From Acidobacteriota bacterium (GTDB lineage Bacteria; Acidobacteriota; UBA890; WLXD01): a DNA stretch of 64,000 nucleotides. Both the position numbers and the translations under genes were made by a program. The notes under the pieces are model-generated. The model was given only the letters and a program-made list of their open reading frames with translations, made no database searches and was not told the DNA's origin. Of this stretch, positions 52,920 to 62,182 are shown one piece after another. Each line of letters starts with the position of its first letter. The stretch's first letter is position 1. The stretch spans positions 9,211-73,210 of the forward strand of contig JAJCXT010000032.1 of assembly GCA_029263295.1 (NCBI GenBank), in the 5' to 3' direction.

Positions 52920-54593
52920 ATGCAGGAAGCCACCAACTTCACAATGGTCGGGCTTGGCATGGGCCTTGCCGGTGGTTTGGCCCTGTTCCTATTCGGCATG
53001 GAGCGCATGTCGGATTCGCTCAAGGCGATCGCTGGGAGTCGCATGAAAGCGGTTCTCGAACGCTTGACGCGGCACCGGGCGCTGGGTGTGTTGACCGGGG
53101 CGCTGACCACCGCGGTTCTCCAATCATCGTCCGTGACGACGGTCCTTGTGGTGGGCTTCATTACCGCAGGACTCATGTCGATGTCACAGTCAGTGGCTGT
53201 GATCATGGGCGCCAACGTAGGAACCACGGTCACGGCGCAGATCATCGCGTTCAAAGTCACCCATTACGCGCTGCTGCTGATCGCCGTCGGGTTCGGGCTG
53301 GGGACGCTCGGGAGAACGGAGATCACGCGGCGCTACGGCAACGCCCTTCTGGGCTTGGGTCTCATCTTCTTCGGTATGCAGGTGATGGGCGACACCATGG
53401 CGCCTCTGCGGACGTATCCGCCTTTCCTGGAGGCGATGACGCGCATGGAGAACCCGCTTCTGGGCATTGCGACTGCGGCCGCTTTCACGGCTCTCGTACA
53501 GTCGTCATCGGCCACGACCGGCATCATCATCGTGATGGGGTCGCAGGGCCTCCTGACCCTCGAGGCGAGCATCGCGCTTGTCTTTGGGGCCAACATCGGC
53601 ACCTGTATCACGGCGCTGCTCGCGATCATCGGTCGGCCGCGCGAGGCGCATCGCGCGGCGGCGGTCCATGTCTTGTTCAATGTGCTCGGAGTCGTCATCT
53701 GGCTGCCCTTTATCGGCGACCTCACCGCGATGGTGCGCTGGCTTTCGCCGACGACGGACGATCTCGCCGCCGATATCCCGCGGCAGATCGCGAACGCTCA
53801 CACGATCTTCAACGTGGCCAACACGGCGCTGCTTCTTCCCTTCGCGGGACAGTTCGCCCGACTCGTCACCCGCCTCGTTCCCGACCGGCCGCTCGCGGTC
53901 GAGGATCGCGTGCGGGCCCGGTACCTGGACCGGGAGTTGCTGATCGCGCCAAGCCTCGCACTCGATCGCGCTCGCCTGGAGATCGTCGACATGGGCGACC
54001 GAGTGCTGCGCATGCTGGAGCGGGCCTTGCCGGTGGCCTTGGACGGGCAGCCCGACGAGTTCCGCAAATTGGCAGCGATGGACGACCCGGTGGATGCCTT
54101 GCACGGCGACATCGTCACCTATCTGGGTGAGATCAGCCGCACGGAACTGGGCGAGGTCCAGACGGAGGAACTGATGCGGATGTTCGAGGCGGCCAACGAT
54201 CTCGAGAACATCGGTGACATTCTCGAAACGAACCTCGTGGCCCTCGCCGAGGCTCGTTTCGACAGTGGCCTGCGCGTGAGCCCCGCGACCCGCGACCTTC
54301 TAACTGATTTCCACGCGTTGGTCATGGGGTCAGTGGAGGAGGCGATCCTCGCAGTAACCCAGAAGAACCCGCGCGCCGCACGCGCGGTGATGAAACGCAA
54401 GAAGAAGGTGAACCGTCTCGAGGCGACCGCGGTGTCACACCAGGCACAGCGCCTCGTCGCCGACGAGCCCAATCGCCTCGATGCGTACGCATTCGAGACG
54501 GACCTGTTGCAGGCGCTGAAACGCGTCTACTACTTCGCCAAGCGCATGGCCCGTGCGGCAGTGCCCGCGGAGCTCTCCGACGAGGTTCACTGA
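52920..54593 (+). CDS. Na+/phosphate cotransporter (NptA-like) with C-terminal PhoU-like domain
   Basis: Duplicated Na/Pi blocks ALTTAVLQSSSVTTVLVVGF and AAAFTALVQSSSATTGIIIVMG. The C-terminal ~220 aa are helical and PhoU-like (DDPVDALHGDIVTYL...). Confidence 0.85.
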   Translation: MQEATNFTMVGLGMGLAGGLALFLFGMERMSDSLKAIAGSRMKAVLERLTRHRALGVLTGALTTAVLQSSSVTTVLVVGFITAGLMSMSQSVAVIMGANVGTTVTAQIIAFKVTHYALLLIAVGFGLGTLGRTEITRRYGNALLGLGLIFFGMQVMGDTMAPLRTYPPFLEAMTRMENPLLGIATAAAFTALVQSSSATTGIIIVMGSQGLLTLEASIALVFGANIGTCITALLAIIGRPREAHRAAAVHVLFNVLGVVIWLPFIGDLTAMVRWLSPTTDDLAADIPRQIANAHTIFNVANTALLLPFAGQFARLVTRLVPDRPLAVEDRVRARYLDRELLIAPSLALDRARLEIVDMGDRVLRMLERALPVALDGQPDEFRKLAAMDDPVDALHGDIVTYLGEISRTELGEVQTEELMRMFEAANDLENIGDILETNLVALAEARFDSGLRVSPATRDLLTDFHALVMGSVEEAILAVTQKNPRAARAVMKRKKKVNRLEATAVSHQAQRLVADEPNRLDAYAFETDLLQALKRVYYFAKRMARAAVPAELSDEVH

Positions 54594-54725
54594 GACTTGC
54601 CTCGCGCCGCTCCGCTGACAGAACCGCCGTTGTGCGCGGCGAATCGGCCCGAATCTCGCATCGGACCGAGTAGTCTTGCACGGTCCGACAGTCAAGATCC
54701 CATCGCTCCTGAGCCCGAGGTCGCC

Positions 54726-57185
54726 ATGCGAGTCCGCGTTCGAATCGAACAGTCGTTCATCATCGCCGTCGCCGTCATATTTGCCTGGCCAGCCGTTGCC
54801 CAGACTGGCGAGTACGGCGATGTCGTCACCGCAGAGGCGGAGAGCCAGGAGGGGCTCTTTGGCATTCACGCGGTCGATGACAAGTTGATGTTCGAGATCC
54901 CCGACACGGTTCTCGGGCGCGACATGATCATCATGAGTCGCTTCGCCAAAGCGCAGGATGGCCTCTCGAACGCTGGCTCCAATATGGCGCCGAACATGGT
55001 CGTGCGTTGGGAACGCCACGATGACCGCATTCTCCTGCGCGCAGTTTCGTATCAGCGCATTGCCGACGAGGGCTCGCCCGTACGGATAGCGGTCGAGAAT
55101 TCGAGCTTCGCGGCCATCCTGCACTCGTTACCGATCCAGGCCCGCGGCGACGGATCTTCGGTTGTCGATGTGACGGATCTGTACATGGGTGATGCGCCGA
55201 CCTTCTCGCTGCCGCGGCGGACGCGCCAGCGTTTGAGCGTTCGTCGTTTCGACGAGGAACGGAGTTGGCTCGAGTGGACCCGCTCATTCCCGACCAACGT
55301 CGAGGTGCGGGTCGTGCAGACCTATGCGGCCGATGAGCCGCCGTCGAGCGGTCGCGGTGGTTCGCTGTCGTTCGAGGTCAATCACTCTATGGTGCTGCTG
55401 CCCGAAAAGCCGATGATGCCGCGCCTGTGGGACGAACGTACCGGCATCATCTCGATGCAGATCACCGACTACTCCCGCGAGTTTCAGGGCGTGCGCCCGC
55501 AACGCTACATCATCCGCTACCGTCTGGAGCCGTCCGACCCGGAGGCATTCGCCCGCGGCGAACTCGTCGAGCCGATCAAACCATGGGTCTGGTACATCGA
55601 TCCGGCCACCCCCAGCGAGATGGTCCCCTTCATCAAGGCCGGCATCCTGGAGTGGAACGCTGCCTTCGAGGGCGCCGGTTTCAAGAACGCCGTGCAGGTG
55701 CATCTGGCGCCGACCGAGGAAGAGGACCCGACGTTTTCGCTTCTCGACGCCCGCCACTCGGTGGTGCGCTACAACGCCTCGCCAACTCGTTCGGCCAACG
55801 CAGGTGCCGACGTCGTAGATCCGCGTTCGGGCGAGGCGATCCGCTCGCACATGAACATCTATCACGGGCTCGCCGAGCGGATGCGATGGCAGCTTATCTC
55901 GCAGGTAGCTACCGCCAATCCGGAATTTCGCACGGACGAACTCGCGCCGGAAGATGTCGGTGAGGCGATCCGTTATGTGGTGTCGCACGAGAGCGCACAC
56001 GCGATCGGGTTGCCGCACAACCAGCGCGCCAACTTCGTGTACCCGGTCGAGTCGCTGCGTGACCGCGAGTTCGTTCTCGCCAACGGCCATTCGGCATCGT
56101 CGGTCGGGCGCACGCGGTTCAACTACGTCGCGCAGCCTGGTGACGACGTGCCCCCGGAACGCTACGTCGGCGTCTGGGACAAGTTCGCCGTGATGTGGGC
56201 CTATCGCCCGATCCTCGGAGCCAGTACTCCGGAAGACGAAGTCCCCACGCTGAGTGAGTGGATCGTCGAGCGCGCCGACAAGCCCTGGTTCCGCTTCGGA
56301 TCGGCGCTGTTCGGCATGGACGTTGAGTGGGACCCCTACCGGATGACCGAGGGCATCTCGGACGACCCGATCGAAGCGGCGCGCTACGGCATGCGCAATC
56401 TTCAGGGCGCGTCGGAGAGTCTGCTCGAGTGGGTCCTCCAGCCTGGCGACGACTACTACGAGCTCGAGAATCACTACTTGCAGCTGCTGACGCAGTGGAA
56501 TCGCTACGCGGAGCACGCCGCGTCGGCGGTCGGTGGCTCATGGACGCATCACAAGCGGTTCGGCGAGGAGGGTCCGGTCTACACGACGATCGCTCCCGAG
56601 TACCAGCGCAAGGCGATGGAGTTCTACGACGAGTACATTCTGCAGACGCCGGGATGGGCGTTGGATCTCAGCCAACTACGTCGGCTCGAGCACGCCGGTG
56701 CTGTTGAACGTATTCGTGCATACCAGGTGCTGGCCGTGCAACGGCTACTCAACCACGCGCGATTGGCGCGGCTAATCGAGCACGAGACGTTCCTCGGCGA
56801 AGCTACCTACCGCCCCACGGAGATGCTCGACGACACGCGTGAGATCGTCTGGCGCGAGGTCACCGAGGGCGGGGCGATCGACACCTTCCGTCGCAACCTG
56901 CAGCGCGGCTACCTCGAGCAGGCGCACCATCTGTTGCACGAGGCGGAGTCCGAAAGCTGGTCGCCGCCGCGCGGCGGCAACCTACGCGTGATGAGCAACA
57001 ACGACCCGCCGCTAAACGCTGATCTGCACATCGCCCAGTCGGACATTCGGCCGTTGCTCCGCGATCAGCTGAAGCTATTGCGCGGCGAGATCGAGGTGGC
57101 GCTCGAATCCGGCGTGGCAGATCGCATGAGCCGCATCCATCTCGAAGACGCGTTGGTGCGCATCGGGAATACCCTGGGCGACTAA
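54726..57185 (+). CDS. Secreted zinc-dependent metalloprotease (DUF5117/DUF4953 type)
   Basis: ATG at 54726 (MRVRVRIEQSFIIAVAVIFAWPAVAQ signal peptide). HExxH site VVSHESAHAIGLPHNQRANF. N-terminal GLFGIHAVDDKLMFEIPDTVLGRDMIIMSR is typical of this family as I recall it. Confidence 0.75.
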   Translation: MRVRVRIEQSFIIAVAVIFAWPAVAQTGEYGDVVTAEAESQEGLFGIHAVDDKLMFEIPDTVLGRDMIIMSRFAKAQDGLSNAGSNMAPNMVVRWERHDDRILLRAVSYQRIADEGSPVRIAVENSSFAAILHSLPIQARGDGSSVVDVTDLYMGDAPTFSLPRRTRQRLSVRRFDEERSWLEWTRSFPTNVEVRVVQTYAADEPPSSGRGGSLSFEVNHSMVLLPEKPMMPRLWDERTGIISMQITDYSREFQGVRPQRYIIRYRLEPSDPEAFARGELVEPIKPWVWYIDPATPSEMVPFIKAGILEWNAAFEGAGFKNAVQVHLAPTEEEDPTFSLLDARHSVVRYNASPTRSANAGADVVDPRSGEAIRSHMNIYHGLAERMRWQLISQVATANPEFRTDELAPEDVGEAIRYVVSHESAHAIGLPHNQRANFVYPVESLRDREFVLANGHSASSVGRTRFNYVAQPGDDVPPERYVGVWDKFAVMWAYRPILGASTPEDEVPTLSEWIVERADKPWFRFGSALFGMDVEWDPYRMTEGISDDPIEAARYGMRNLQGASESLLEWVLQPGDDYYELENHYLQLLTQWNRYAEHAASAVGGSWTHHKRFGEEGPVYTTIAPEYQRKAMEFYDEYILQTPGWALDLSQLRRLEHAGAVERIRAYQVLAVQRLLNHARLARLIEHETFLGEATYRPTEMLDDTREIVWREVTEGGAIDTFRRNLQRGYLEQAHHLLHEAESESWSPPRGGNLRVMSNNDPPLNADLHIAQSDIRPLLRDQLKLLRGEIEVALESGVADRMSRIHLEDALVRIGNTLGD

Positions 57186-57262
57186 CCGGGACGCGGAGCG
57201 AAGCGATACGGCGCCCGGCGCCGCACCGGAACGTCGCCCCGCGTTCGATCTTTGTGTCGCGG

Positions 57263-57298
57263 ATACGTATGTATTGGTGGTACGATAGAGGCGTACGA
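57263..57298. promoter_or_regulatory. Palindrome ATACGTAT plus direct repeat GTACGAT-N5-GTACGAT upstream of the MazEF-like pair
   Basis: ATACGTAT at 57263-70. GTACGAT at 57280-86 and 57292-98 (12-bp phasing), 22 nt before the GTG at 57320. Confidence 0.35.
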
Positions 57299-57319
57299 TT
57301 CAGAGGCCAAGGAGAGCCG

Positions 57320-57535
57320 GTGGGCAAGGTCAAGATGACGATCTCGGTGCCTGAGGACACCGCTCTATACCTGCGGGCGAAGCCGAACGCGAGCGCGGTG
57401 GTCGCGGAGTCGGTCGAGATCTACCGGACGCGCGAGCTCGAACGCGAACTCGAGGTGGCCTATCGAGAGGACGCGAACGAAGCAGAGGAGCTGAATCGCG
57501 AGTGGCAGGGCGCCGATAGCGAGGTCGAGGATTGA
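57320..57535 (+). CDS. Antitoxin partner of MazF-like toxin (RHH-like N-terminus, acidic tail)
   Basis: GTG at 57320 with AAGGAG 5 nt upstream (alternative ATG 57335: MTISVPEDTALYLRAKPNASAVVAESVEIY...). Acidic C-terminus EDANEAEELNREWQGADSEVED. The stop overlaps the toxin start (TTGA). Confidence 0.6.
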   Translation: MGKVKMTISVPEDTALYLRAKPNASAVVAESVEIYRTRELERELEVAYREDANEAEELNREWQGADSEVED

Positions 57536-57882
57536 GTCGAGGCCTCGCGCGAGGGAGCGTTGTAAGAGTTCGGTTCGATCCCGCCGTCGGCAGCGAGATC
57601 CGGAAGACCCGCCAGGCGGTTGTGGTCTCGAACGATGTTGCGTGCCGATACGACGCCGTCCTGCAGGTCGTTCCCGTCACGCGGCTGCCTGACCGCGATC
57701 TGCGGCCCTACGAGACCCGAGCTGGCACACCGATCAGCGGGCTGACCACGCCGTCGCGTTTGGTGGCCAATCAGATCCGTACGATCGCACGATCGCGAAT
57801 CGGACAAGTACTGGGCCGGCTGGACGCGAGCGAGCAACAGGAACTCGATCGGGCGCTTCGGATTCAGCTGGCGTTGGACTAG
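57532..57882 (+). CDS. MazF/PemK-family endoribonuclease toxin
   Basis: 116 aa. RGSVVRVRFDPAVGSEIRKTRQAVVVSNDV...VVPVT...SRLVANQIRTI is the PemK/MazF signature. Confidence 0.8.
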   Translation: MSRGLARGSVVRVRFDPAVGSEIRKTRQAVVVSNDVACRYDAVLQVVPVTRLPDRDLRPYETRAGTPISGLTTPSRLVANQIRTIARSRIGQVLGRLDASEQQELDRALRIQLALD

Positions 57883-57895
57883 TACGTTGGACCGC

Positions 57896-59788
57896 TCAGC
57901 GCACGATCGGTAGACGGATCTGCGACGGATGAGCGGGTGAGTGGTGAATCTGGTTGTGCGCCACCACGCCCTCCGCCTCGTCGTAGTTGTTGCCGCCGGT
58001 GTTCAGGTTGCGGGTGAAGCGCGGGAAGTTACTGCTCGACACTTCGATGCGAATCTGGTGGCCGGCGGCGAAGTAGTTGCTCGTCGACATCGGGCTGATC
58101 GACACCTCGTAGACCTCGCCCGGCTGCATGAACACCTCGCGCTCGTAACCCTCGCGGTAGCGCACGCGCTGGATCGTCTCGTCCAGGTTGTAGGCGCGGC
58201 CGTCAGGATGCACGTCGATCAACTTCACAGTGAAGTCGGTGTCGCGGGCATCAGAGCCGACCCAGAGGGCGATCTCGATGGTGCCGCTCACCTCCACTCC
58301 TTCTTCCAGCGGAGGGGTTGAGTACACGAGGATTTCCTCGCGGCCTTCCATCTCCTGCTGGTCGAACGATCCGCCGCGAACGGCGTTGCCCGTGCAGCAG
58401 ACGTTGCCGCCGTATGACGGCACAGGTGCGGCCGGGTCGTAGATGAAGGAATCGGGCGGCTCGTCCGCAGCCGGCGGGCTGGGCGATAGCCATCCATCGC
58501 CGTTGAGCGTGTTGGCGCTGCCGGCGCTGTGCAGATAGTAGGTTTGCATCTCGGCGCCTTCGGGGGGCCAGGTGTCCGATGACTGCCACTGATTGGAGCC
58601 CATGGTGAAGTACTGCACCCGCGGCGTGTTCTCGAGGACGCCGTTGTCCTCTCCCTTGAGCCAGTAGTCGAACCAGCCGTAGATCAGCGCGTCGTAGTCG
58701 AGTCGCGCGTCACCCATGCTGCGCTCGCCCACGACCGTGTCTTCGGTGGAGCGTGCGTAGGAGCAATGCAGAGTCGGCGCGATGACGGCGTACTGGTTGT
58801 CGGCGATGTCGGGCTCGGCCGTTGCACGTACGTGGTTGAACAGCGCCAGATTGGGGCCCACCGATACGTCGTACCAGGACATCAGCCAGAGGCTCGGTAC
58901 GCCAAACGGCATGTCGTCATGGTACAGGCCGCCTTCGTACCAGGCGGGGTCGTTCGGCTTGCGCACGATCATCTTCTCGTAGATCCCGCGCGGACCGTCG
59001 ACGGAACGCATGATGTCCTGGACAGGGAGGTGCCACAGCGCCTCCGACCAGTCGACTCGCGGCATTTCCGAGGCGAGGTCGAAGTAGCGTGACACGCGAA
59101 TCAGATCTTCCTGCGTCAGGTCGGCCGGGAAGTTCGGCCGGATGACGTTCTGATTGCCGTATAGCCAGGCGGTGAAGAGCATCTGCTGCGCGCCACCGCG
59201 GTACCAGTTGCCCTGCTCGTAGAAGCCACCGACGCGGCCGACTCCGGCGCCGTAGCCTCCTGGCACGAGCGCGGTATGCGCGGGGTGGTCGAGCGATGCC
59301 ACGCCCATCTGCCACTCAGCGGTTGATGAGCAGCCGTAGGTGCCGACCTTGCCGTTGGACCACGGTTGCGTCGACATCCACTCGAGCGCGTCGTAGCCGT
59401 CGGTCAGTGGTGTGCCGAGGATGTCCCATTCACCTTCGGAGAAGAACTTGCCACGCTCGTTCTGCACCACATAGGCATACCCGCGCTTCACGGCTGCGAG
59501 GGCCGCCCGGTAGGTCCGCGTGCTCATTTCGCCGTCGCGCCAGGCGTTGAAGTTGTAGGGCGTTCTGGAGAGGACGATCGGCACCGGGGCGTCGGTCTTG
59601 GGTCGATACACGTCAGTCGCCAGTCGTACACCGTCGCGCATCTCCACCATCAGCTTCTGATCGATGATCGCGATTGCCTCCAGCTCGTCGACGACGTCCT
59701 GGGCGTCGGTCTCCTGCGCGACGACGTGGGAGGAGGCCGCGAAGACGGCGACCAGAAGCAGAAGTACGCGGTGGGCGAAGTTCTTCAT
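57896..59788 (-). CDS. CocE/NonD family hydrolase (S15 X-Pro dipeptidyl-peptidase-like), secreted
   Basis: Signal peptide [43 protein letters not shown]...[11 protein letters not shown], nucleophile block [16 protein letters not shown]-terminal jelly-roll ([27 protein letters not shown]). Confidence 0.8.
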   Translation of the reverse strand: MKNFAHRVLLLLVAVFAASSHVVAQETDAQDVVDELEAIAIIDQKLMVEMRDGVRLATDVYRPKTDAPVPIVLSRTPYNFNAWRDGEMSTRTYRAALAAVKRGYAYVVQNERGKFFSEGEWDILGTPLTDGYDALEWMSTQPWSNGKVGTYGCSSTAEWQMGVASLDHPAHTALVPGGYGAGVGRVGGFYEQGNWYRGGAQQMLFTAWLYGNQNVIRPNFPADLTQEDLIRVSRYFDLASEMPRVDWSEALWHLPVQDIMRSVDGPRGIYEKMIVRKPNDPAWYEGGLYHDDMPFGVPSLWLMSWYDVSVGPNLALFNHVRATAEPDIADNQYAVIAPTLHCSYARSTEDTVVGERSMGDARLDYDALIYGWFDYWLKGEDNGVLENTPRVQYFTMGSNQWQSSDTWPPEGAEMQTYYLHSAGSANTLNGDGWLSPSPPAADEPPDSFIYDPAAPVPSYGGNVCCTGNAVRGGSFDQQEMEGREEILVYSTPPLEEGVEVSGTIEIALWVGSDARDTDFTVKLIDVHPDGRAYNLDETIQRVRYREGYEREVFMQPGEVYEVSISPMSTSNYFAAGHQIRIEVSSSNFPRFTRNLNTGGNNYDEAEGVVAHNQIHHSPAHPSQIRLPIVR

Positions 59789-59899
59789 GGCGAAACCCCA
59801 GAGTGCGGCGGTGGCCGAGTAATCAAGGACTCGAAGGTCCGATTCTCTAGGTTCCTGCTTCCGCCAACAACCCCAGCGGTGGCAACTGGCCGCGGGCTT

Positions 59900-60646
59900 C
59901 TAGGAAGGCGGCTCCTCGAGCCGGCCCTCGGGGTCGTCGAGATGGGCAGCGAACGTCTCGGCCAGATGACGGGCCGCTCGCACGCGCGCGTAGCGCTTGT
60001 CATTGCCCTCGAGGATGGTCCAGGGCGCTGTGACCGTGCTCGTGCGCAGCAGCATCTCCTCCACGGCCTCTTCGTAGGCGTCCCATTTCTGTCGGTTACG
60101 CCAGTCCTCGTCGGTGAGCTTCCACTGCTTGTAGGGTGTCTTTTCGCGCGCCTCGAAGCGCCGCAACTGTTCCTCGGGGCTGATATGCACCCAGAACTTC
60201 ACTACGATCACGCCGGCCTGCCGCAGGTGGCGTTCGAACTCGTTGATCTCGCGGTAAGCGCGACGCCACTCAGGCTCAGTCGCGAAACCCTCGACGCGTT
60301 CCACCAGAATCCGGCCGTACCAGCTGCGGTCGAAGATCACGACCTGTTTCTCTTCGGGCGGCAACAACCGACGCCAGAATCTCCATAGGTAGTGGTGGGT
60401 CTTGTCTTCGCCTTCGGGCGCCGCGATTTGGTAGACGTGGTAGCCGCGCGGGTCGAGCTTCTCGGTAACCCGGCGGATGTTCCCGCCTTTGCCGCCGGCG
60501 TCCCATCCTTCGTACACGATCACGGCGGAGCGCTGCTGGCGGTACATGCGGAAGGCGAGCTCGCGCAGCTGCAACTGGGCCTCAAGCAGCGCGTGCTTGT
60601 ACTCCGACTTGTCGATGCGGCAGCTGAGGTCGACCTGCTCGAGCAC
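59900..60646 (-). CDS. Polyphosphate kinase 2 (PPK2) family protein, single domain
   Basis: GTG start. Walker A VIVYEGWDAGGKGGNI, HYLWRFWRRLP, VIFDRSWYGRILVERVEGF. Confidence 0.85.
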   Translation of the reverse strand: MLEQVDLSCRIDKSEYKHALLEAQLQLRELAFRMYRQQRSAVIVYEGWDAGGKGGNIRRVTEKLDPRGYHVYQIAAPEGEDKTHHYLWRFWRRLLPPEEKQVVIFDRSWYGRILVERVEGFATEPEWRRAYREINEFERHLRQAGVIVVKFWVHISPEEQLRRFEAREKTPYKQWKLTDEDWRNRQKWDAYEEAVEEMLLRTSTVTAPWTILEGNDKRYARVRAARHLAETFAAHLDDPEGRLEEPPS

Positions 60647-60647
60647 G

Positions 60648-61409
60648 CTACTTCTTCCCCTTCTTCTTTGGCTTCGGGGCGGCCGGTGGCTCCACGCCGC
60701 GGCGCCGTAGGCCCTCCTCCATCTGGCGAGCGATCGTCGACAGGACCTTCACTCGGGACCAGTGCCGGTCGGTCGCCTCGACCACCGTCCATGGCGCCCA
60801 CTCGGTCTCGGTGCGTTCGAGCGTCAACTCGATCGCCGTGCGGTAGTCGTCGTACTGCTCGTGGTGCTCCCAGTCCTCCTTCTCGACCATCCATGCAGTG
60901 AGAGGGTCGGCCTCTGTCTGTTCGAGTCGTTGCCGCTGCTCCTCCTTCGAGATATGCAGGAACAGCTTTACGATCTCGAAGCGATCGTCGGCGAGCATGC
61001 GCTCAAAGCCGCGAATGGTCGCGTAGGCGCGCTCGCATTGCTCGGGAGTCGTGATGCCCTCGACGCGCTCGACGAGTACGCGCCCGTACCAGCTGCGATC
61101 GAAGATGCCGATCTTGCCCCACGACGGAAGATGCACCCAGAAGCGCCACATCCACGGCATGTGCAACTCGTGCGTGCGCGGCCCCCGCGTTGCGTGGAGG
61201 CGAAAGGCGCGCGGCTCGAGGCGCTCGGTGAGCTTGCGGATCGAACTGCCCTTGCCGGCTGTATCCCAGCCTTCGAACACGACCAGTGTGCCGACCTGAG
61301 CTTCGCGGCAGGCGCGCTGCAACTCGTGCAGATGCTGCTGCAGAGCGCGCACGCGGGGCTTGTACTCGGCCTTGGGCAGCTTGAGTCCGAGGTTGACTGC
61401 CTCGAGCAT
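60648..61409 (-). CDS. Polyphosphate kinase 2 (PPK2) family protein, single domain, Lys-rich tail
   Basis: LVVFEGWDTAGKGSSI, PWMWRFWVHLP, GIFDRSWYGRVLVERVEGI. Ends ...PKPKKKGKK. Its TAG stop lies 1 nt before the next PPK2 GTG. Confidence 0.85.
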   Translation of the reverse strand: MLEAVNLGLKLPKAEYKPRVRALQQHLHELQRACREAQVGTLVVFEGWDTAGKGSSIRKLTERLEPRAFRLHATRGPRTHELHMPWMWRFWVHLPSWGKIGIFDRSWYGRVLVERVEGITTPEQCERAYATIRGFERMLADDRFEIVKLFLHISKEEQRQRLEQTEADPLTAWMVEKEDWEHHEQYDDYRTAIELTLERTETEWAPWTVVEATDRHWSRVKVLSTIARQMEEGLRRRGVEPPAAPKPKKKGKK

Positions 61410-61454
61410 GGGTTCACGCGGCGGGTTAGGGACGGGAACGAGATGCGCAAGAGC

Positions 61455-61922
61455 TTATCGCGACCGGAACCCCTCGGTGAGCTTCCCCTCGACCCAGTCG
61501 ATCGGCGAGAAGAGAACGCAGGCGAGGTGAGTCCGGCGGCCGAGGAAGAGCGCCGGGAACGCAAGCACCTCGCAGCCCGGGTGTCCCAGCGCGGCGATCA
61601 GTATTAGCGACAGGCCGATAAACAGGATCACGCCGGCGGCGAAGACACCGCCGCGGAGGAAGATCAGAAACGCGGGACTGACGGCGATGATCGCGCCCAA
61701 CCACGGATGGAGCCAGCCAAAGTAACGGGTCACCAGCAGATGCACCGCCACGTACAGGACGACCAGGGCGGCGATAACAGCCGCTACCTCCAGTCTTCCT
61801 TGCCATGAAGCTCCGAGAAGAGGCGGCATGACCGAGGCGATCATCACCAGACCTAGAACAAGCCGGAGCAATCGGCTGATGGGAGTGGCGGCGGGCAGCG
61901 TGGAGATCCTGCGTTCGCTCAT
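61455..61922 (-). CDS. Small 4-TM membrane protein with conserved-looking GHPGCE motif, function unknown
   Basis: 155 aa. Hydrophobic segments LLRLVLGLVMIASVM, VAAVIAALVVLYVAVHLL, LGAIIAVSPAFLIFL, AAGVILFIGLSLILIAAL followed by GHPGCEVLAFP and ...HLACVLFSPIDW. Two Cys residues near membrane boundaries. Confidence 0.55.
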   Translation of the reverse strand: MSERRISTLPAATPISRLLRLVLGLVMIASVMPPLLGASWQGRLEVAAVIAALVVLYVAVHLLVTRYFGWLHPWLGAIIAVSPAFLIFLRGGVFAAGVILFIGLSLILIAALGHPGCEVLAFPALFLGRRTHLACVLFSPIDWVEGKLTEGFRSR

Positions 61923-61964
61923 GCGGATGCCTTTGGGGGACTTGGAGTGTGCTTGCCGAGTATC

Positions 61965-62002
61965 TACTACGTTCGTAGTAATAGTCTACTACGAACGTAG
62001 TA
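61965..62002. promoter_or_regulatory. Twin perfect 16-bp palindromes TACTACG-TT-CGTAGTA / TACTACG-AA-CGTAGTA separated by 6 bp
   Basis: Read directly at 61965-61980 and 61987-62002. Centres are 22 bp apart (two helical turns). The element lies 43-80 nt upstream of the ATG at 61922 and downstream of a hairpin terminator. Confidence 0.6.
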
Positions 62003-62109
62003 CTGAACGCGCGCGATAACATGAACGGCCTTCTCGGTGGTGCCGGGCGGGGTATCCACCCCGCCTCCCTCCTACTGACGCGTGCGTTCACCTTACCTGG
62101 GACGACCAA

Positions 62110-62135
62110 GGGCGCGGTCAAAGTCGACCGCGCCC
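62110..62135 (-). terminator. Candidate intrinsic terminator after the Met/His-rich protein gene
   Basis: Minus strand reads GGGCGCGGTC-gacuuu-GACCGCGCCC (perfect 10-bp stem) followed by UUGGUCGUCCC. It is preceded by a second small hairpin GCCGCT-tctt-AGCGGC (62141-62156). It lies 48 nt past the stop. Confidence 0.45.
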
Positions 62136-62182
62136 TCAGCTGCCGCTAAGAAGCGGCGATGCGATTCGAGATTGCTCGGAGA

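Noticed and set aside
55284-56516. 410 aa minus-strand ORF inside the metalloprotease gene
   Set aside because: It lies antisense to a gene with an HExxH site and a signal peptide. It has no features of its own.
59366-61607. Plus-strand ORFs 59366-60388 (340 aa) and 60762-61607 (281 aa), and minus-strand 60968-61564
   Set aside because: They lie antisense to, or out of frame with, the CocE/NonD and PPK2 genes, which carry unambiguous catalytic motifs.
61426-62121. 231 aa minus-strand ORF spanning the small membrane-protein gene and the twin palindromes
   Set aside because: It is out of frame with the 4-TM ORF, which has coherent hydrophobic segments. It would read through the palindromes and the terminator-like hairpin, and it is Arg/Pro/Ser-rich.
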